Below are positions 54,683-56,971 of a DNA stretch of 56,971 nt, one piece after another. Made by a program: the position numbers and the translations under genes. Origin of the DNA: Candidatus Staskawiczbacteria bacterium (lineage in GTDB: Bacteria; Patescibacteriota; Minisyncoccia; Minisyncoccales; Staskawiczbacteraceae); contig JAPLZC010000010.1 in NCBI GenBank assembly GCA_026395215.1, forward strand, positions 206,150-263,120, read 5' to 3'. The notes under the pieces were generated by a model. It was not told the origin of the DNA. It saw nothing but the letters and a program-made list of their open reading frames with translations, and ran no database searches. Position 1 is the first letter of the stretch, and every line of letters begins with the position of its first letter.

Positions 54683-54999
54683 ACTTGTTTTTCTATTTCT
54701 AATTTAATTTCTTCTTCAACTTTTTTTGCCTCCTCTTTAAAAACTTGTTCAAAGTTTGGCAGGTGTTCTGTAACAAATTTTATTTTGCTTTCGTCATTGT
54801 CAGAATTAAATGTATTTTCCATGGTCCAGCGGTCATTTTCAGGGATAGCTAAATAAACTTTTTTTAAAATCCTGCCAATTACCAAATCAAAAATCCTTGA
54901 ATCTAATTTATTATGATTTGATATTAAACTTTCTAAATCCTTTTTTGACACCATTTGTTTTTTTTGTTTAAACAAGCTGAAAAAACTTTTAATACACAT
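54679..54999 (-). CDS. Hypothetical protein
   Basis: 106 aa; ATGA overlap with virB4. Confidence 0.7.
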   Translation of the reverse strand: MCIKSFFSLFKQKKQMVSKKDLESLISNHNKLDSRIFDLVIGRILKKVYLAIPENDRWTMENTFNSDNDESKIKFVTEHLPNFEQVFKEEAKKVEEEIKLEIEKQV

Positions 55000-55010
55000 T
55001 TTTTAAAAAG

Positions 55011-55364
55011 TTATTTTTTTTCTTTCCCATCAAATGAAAACATATCATTACCAATATTATATCCCTCTGAGAATGTTATCTTACCTTCTTTTTTTAATGC
55101 CTGCCACAAAAATTTTAGTATGCCAAATTTAGTAGCTTTAACGTAAACAGCAGCACCAAGTATACCGATATCTACAAAGTCCCTAACGCTCTCCTTCTGG
55201 AAAAAGTTTTTAGCTTTATCTTTCCAACCCGTGGGTTCTGGATCATTTTTATTCTCAACTGCCGTGAAAGCTGCATCTAATATTTGTTTTGGTTTTTCTT
55301 CTGAAGTTGATTCTGGGTTATTTTTTAAATCTAAATTTTCAGTTGTTGGTCCTTCTTTATGCAT
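55011..55364 (-). CDS. Hypothetical protein
   Basis: 117 aa ORF within the operon. Confidence 0.65.
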   Translation of the reverse strand: MHKEGPTTENLDLKNNPESTSEEKPKQILDAAFTAVENKNDPEPTGWKDKAKNFFQKESVRDFVDIGILGAAVYVKATKFGILKFLWQALKKEGKITFSEGYNIGNDMFSFDGKEKK

Positions 55365-55380
55365 GTTTTTTGCTTTTTAA

Positions 55381-56028
55381 TTATTTTAATAATTCTGGAA
55401 GGATTTCTGGGTAGTAGCCAACTTCGGCTTGGTCTGGGTGATGGATAGACCAGAAAAGTTCTATTAGTTCGGGTGTTGTTAGAGGAATTGCTTCTAATCC
55501 GCATCTTCGCAAACCCATTGCTGCATATTCCATTCTTTGCCAAAGCTGAGTTTTACATTTTTGGAAATCTTCATCTTTCATTGCTTGAGAATTTGCTTGT
55601 CCACCGGAAAAAAGAGTTTTTCCCACACCTTTTACGCCCAATGCTTCCATTAGGTTATATGGTATTACAATATAAAAATTCTTGGTCATAACCGTGTCCC
55701 CCACAACCATGCCTTTTATAAACTCTCTATATGATGCTGTTTGTTCTCTTAGTAATGCGTTAGTTTGTTTTTCTTCCAAATCTTTTAGACCATCCAAATA
55801 CGGCGTAATATTTATATTTCTTGATTGGACAACAATTTGGCAAAAGAAATCCAGAGAGTTTAGAAAACTCTGAAAAGCATAAATTGTGGCAGTTTGCTCC
55901 TCCTCAGATTTTAAGGCAAAGTTTATAGAAGAAACCATCATAATCCCCCTTAGAGTATTATTTTTCAACAACAAAATCCCCTCCTTTATGTCTTGTACCT
56001 CTAAAAATGCTTGGGTAGCTGACTCCAT
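55381..56028 (-). CDS. TraC/VirB4-N-terminal-like protein of the CPR T4SS cluster
   Basis: ATQAFLEVQDIKEG...SSINFALKSEEEQ...FLNSLDF; start refined to ATG 56028 because the upstream GTG extension is repeat-derived. Confidence 0.8.
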   Translation of the reverse strand: MESATQAFLEVQDIKEGILLLKNNTLRGIMMVSSINFALKSEEEQTATIYAFQSFLNSLDFFCQIVVQSRNINITPYLDGLKDLEEKQTNALLREQTASYREFIKGMVVGDTVMTKNFYIVIPYNLMEALGVKGVGKTLFSGGQANSQAMKDEDFQKCKTQLWQRMEYAAMGLRRCGLEAIPLTTPELIELFWSIHHPDQAEVGYYPEILPELLK

Positions 56029-56030
56029 AT

Positions 56031-56079
56031 TAACGGATTTCACAGATAATTTACGGATTTTCACAAATCACGGATTATC
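56031..56079. repeat. ACGGAT 9-10-nt period array, downstream flank of GxxExxY gene
   Basis: TAACGGATT TCACAGATAA TTTACGGATT TTCACAAA TCACGGATT. Confidence 0.85.
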
Positions 56080-56544
56080 TTATGAATTATTATTTTGAAT
56101 TAATGTGATAAATGTTTTGCGATTATTTGTAAAAATTGAACGGCGTATGTCTAATTCACTTGTGTTAAAATTCACTAGGTAACCTATTTCATAGGTGCTT
56201 GCTTTCAAATAAGATATTTGCTGGTTTATGTCTTGGCGGGTGGTGAAACTGCTGGCTTTAATCTCTAGAATTATTTTGTTGTAAATTACGAAATCTGGAA
56301 TATATACACCTAATGATTTTCCGGTGTCTAAAGAATATATGTTAATTCTTTTCTGTTGCTCAAAAGATATATTTTGTTTTGTAAATTCTTCTGCTAAAGC
56401 TTTTTGGTAAATTTGTTCTTTCAGACCAGCCCCATATTTATTAGCCACATTATATATTGCGCCCCTTAGTTTATAGGATAAATCTCTCTCTAAAAAACTA
56501 TCTATGTTATCCGTGTTATCTGTGATATGTGTAGATCCGTTCAT
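56080..56544 (-). CDS. GxxExxY family protein
   Basis: GAGLKEQIY, YIPDFVI...IILEIKA, YLKA...GYLVNF; N-terminal TDNTDN is repeat-encoded. Confidence 0.92.
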   Translation of the reverse strand: MNGSTHITDNTDNIDSFLERDLSYKLRGAIYNVANKYGAGLKEQIYQKALAEEFTKQNISFEQQKRINIYSLDTGKSLGVYIPDFVIYNKIILEIKASSFTTRQDINQQISYLKASTYEIGYLVNFNTSELDIRRSIFTNNRKTFITLIQNNNS

Positions 56545-56562
56545 AAATCCGTGAAAATCCGT
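56499..56562. repeat. ATCCGT 9-10-nt period array, upstream flank of GxxExxY gene
   Basis: TATCTATGT TATCCGTGT TATCTGTGA TATGTGTA GATCCGTTCATA AATCCGTGAA AATCCGT; inverted relative to 56031-56079. Confidence 0.85.
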
Positions 56563-56563
56563 T

Positions 56564-56971
56564 TTACTTAGCTCTTGTTTCCAATTTTGTGTGCATTCTT
56601 TTTAATTGACTTGCTTGGGCTTGTAAAACCGGGCCTTGGGTAATTTTTTTAATCTGAGTTCTAACAATTGGCTTGAATGGATATGGAGATTCTTTTTTCT
56701 TCCATGTGTAGTTTTTTCCGCCCATTGAAAAACCTATTGCTCCCATTATTACATTTAATATAGGAAAACCTCCAATTGTTCCAAAAGCCAAAATTGCCGT
56801 ACCACCAAAAACCAAAAAAGCCGCTATGAAAAAAAGGAAAGAAGGAAGAACAAAGTATAGTATAAAACAAACCACCCCCGCTCCCACCAAATAGAAGAAC
56901 TGCCTAAAAGATATAAAGAAAGCAATTTTAGCCTCCTGCTCAATAAATTGTGGTATAGGATACTGTTCCAT
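56564..56971 (-). CDS. PrgI family protein
   Basis: MEQYPIPQFIEQEAKI...SFRQFFYL, two TM helices, YTWKK. Confidence 0.85.
   Translation of the reverse strand: MEQYPIPQFIEQEAKIAFFISFRQFFYLVGAGVVCFILYFVLPSFLFFIAAFLVFGGTAILAFGTIGGFPILNVIMGAIGFSMGGKNYTWKKKESPYPFKPIVRTQIKKITQGPVLQAQASQLKRMHTKLETRAK

Overview
Low-GC chromosomal segment of a Patescibacteria (CPR, Parcubacteria-like) genome in standard code 11. The taxonomic call is inferred from gene content: no biosynthetic operons, archaeal-type pyrH, stand-alone 5'-3' exonuclease, VirB4/PrgI/pilin cluster. The window spans the likely replication origin (dnaN-dnaA / rpmH-rnpA-yidC-jag). It carries translation genes (ileS, argS, smpB-tmRNA, infC-rpmI-rplT, rpsT), repair genes (polX, endoQ-like, ruvABC, uvrB, mutM), cell-wall and pilus genes (murE, PBP1A, pilB, comEA), two toxin-antitoxin pairs, and a T4SS-like operon ending in three pilin-fused surface proteins. 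Four less ordinary layers sit on this backbone. (1) Two GxxExxY genes are bracketed by inverted arrays of short repeats, and two gene-less arrays share a unit with one of those flanks, suggesting filled and empty sites of a mobile cassette. (2) More than a dozen short GC-rich palindromic elements occur, many inserted in frame inside essential proteins. (3) A class of stand-alone transcription units shares sigma70 promoter + boxA-like motif + hairpin + strong SD + terminator. (4) A divergent pair of unannotated structured RNAs, one 6S-like, lies at 15.3-15.8 kb. All calls come from reading sequence and motifs; no searches were run.
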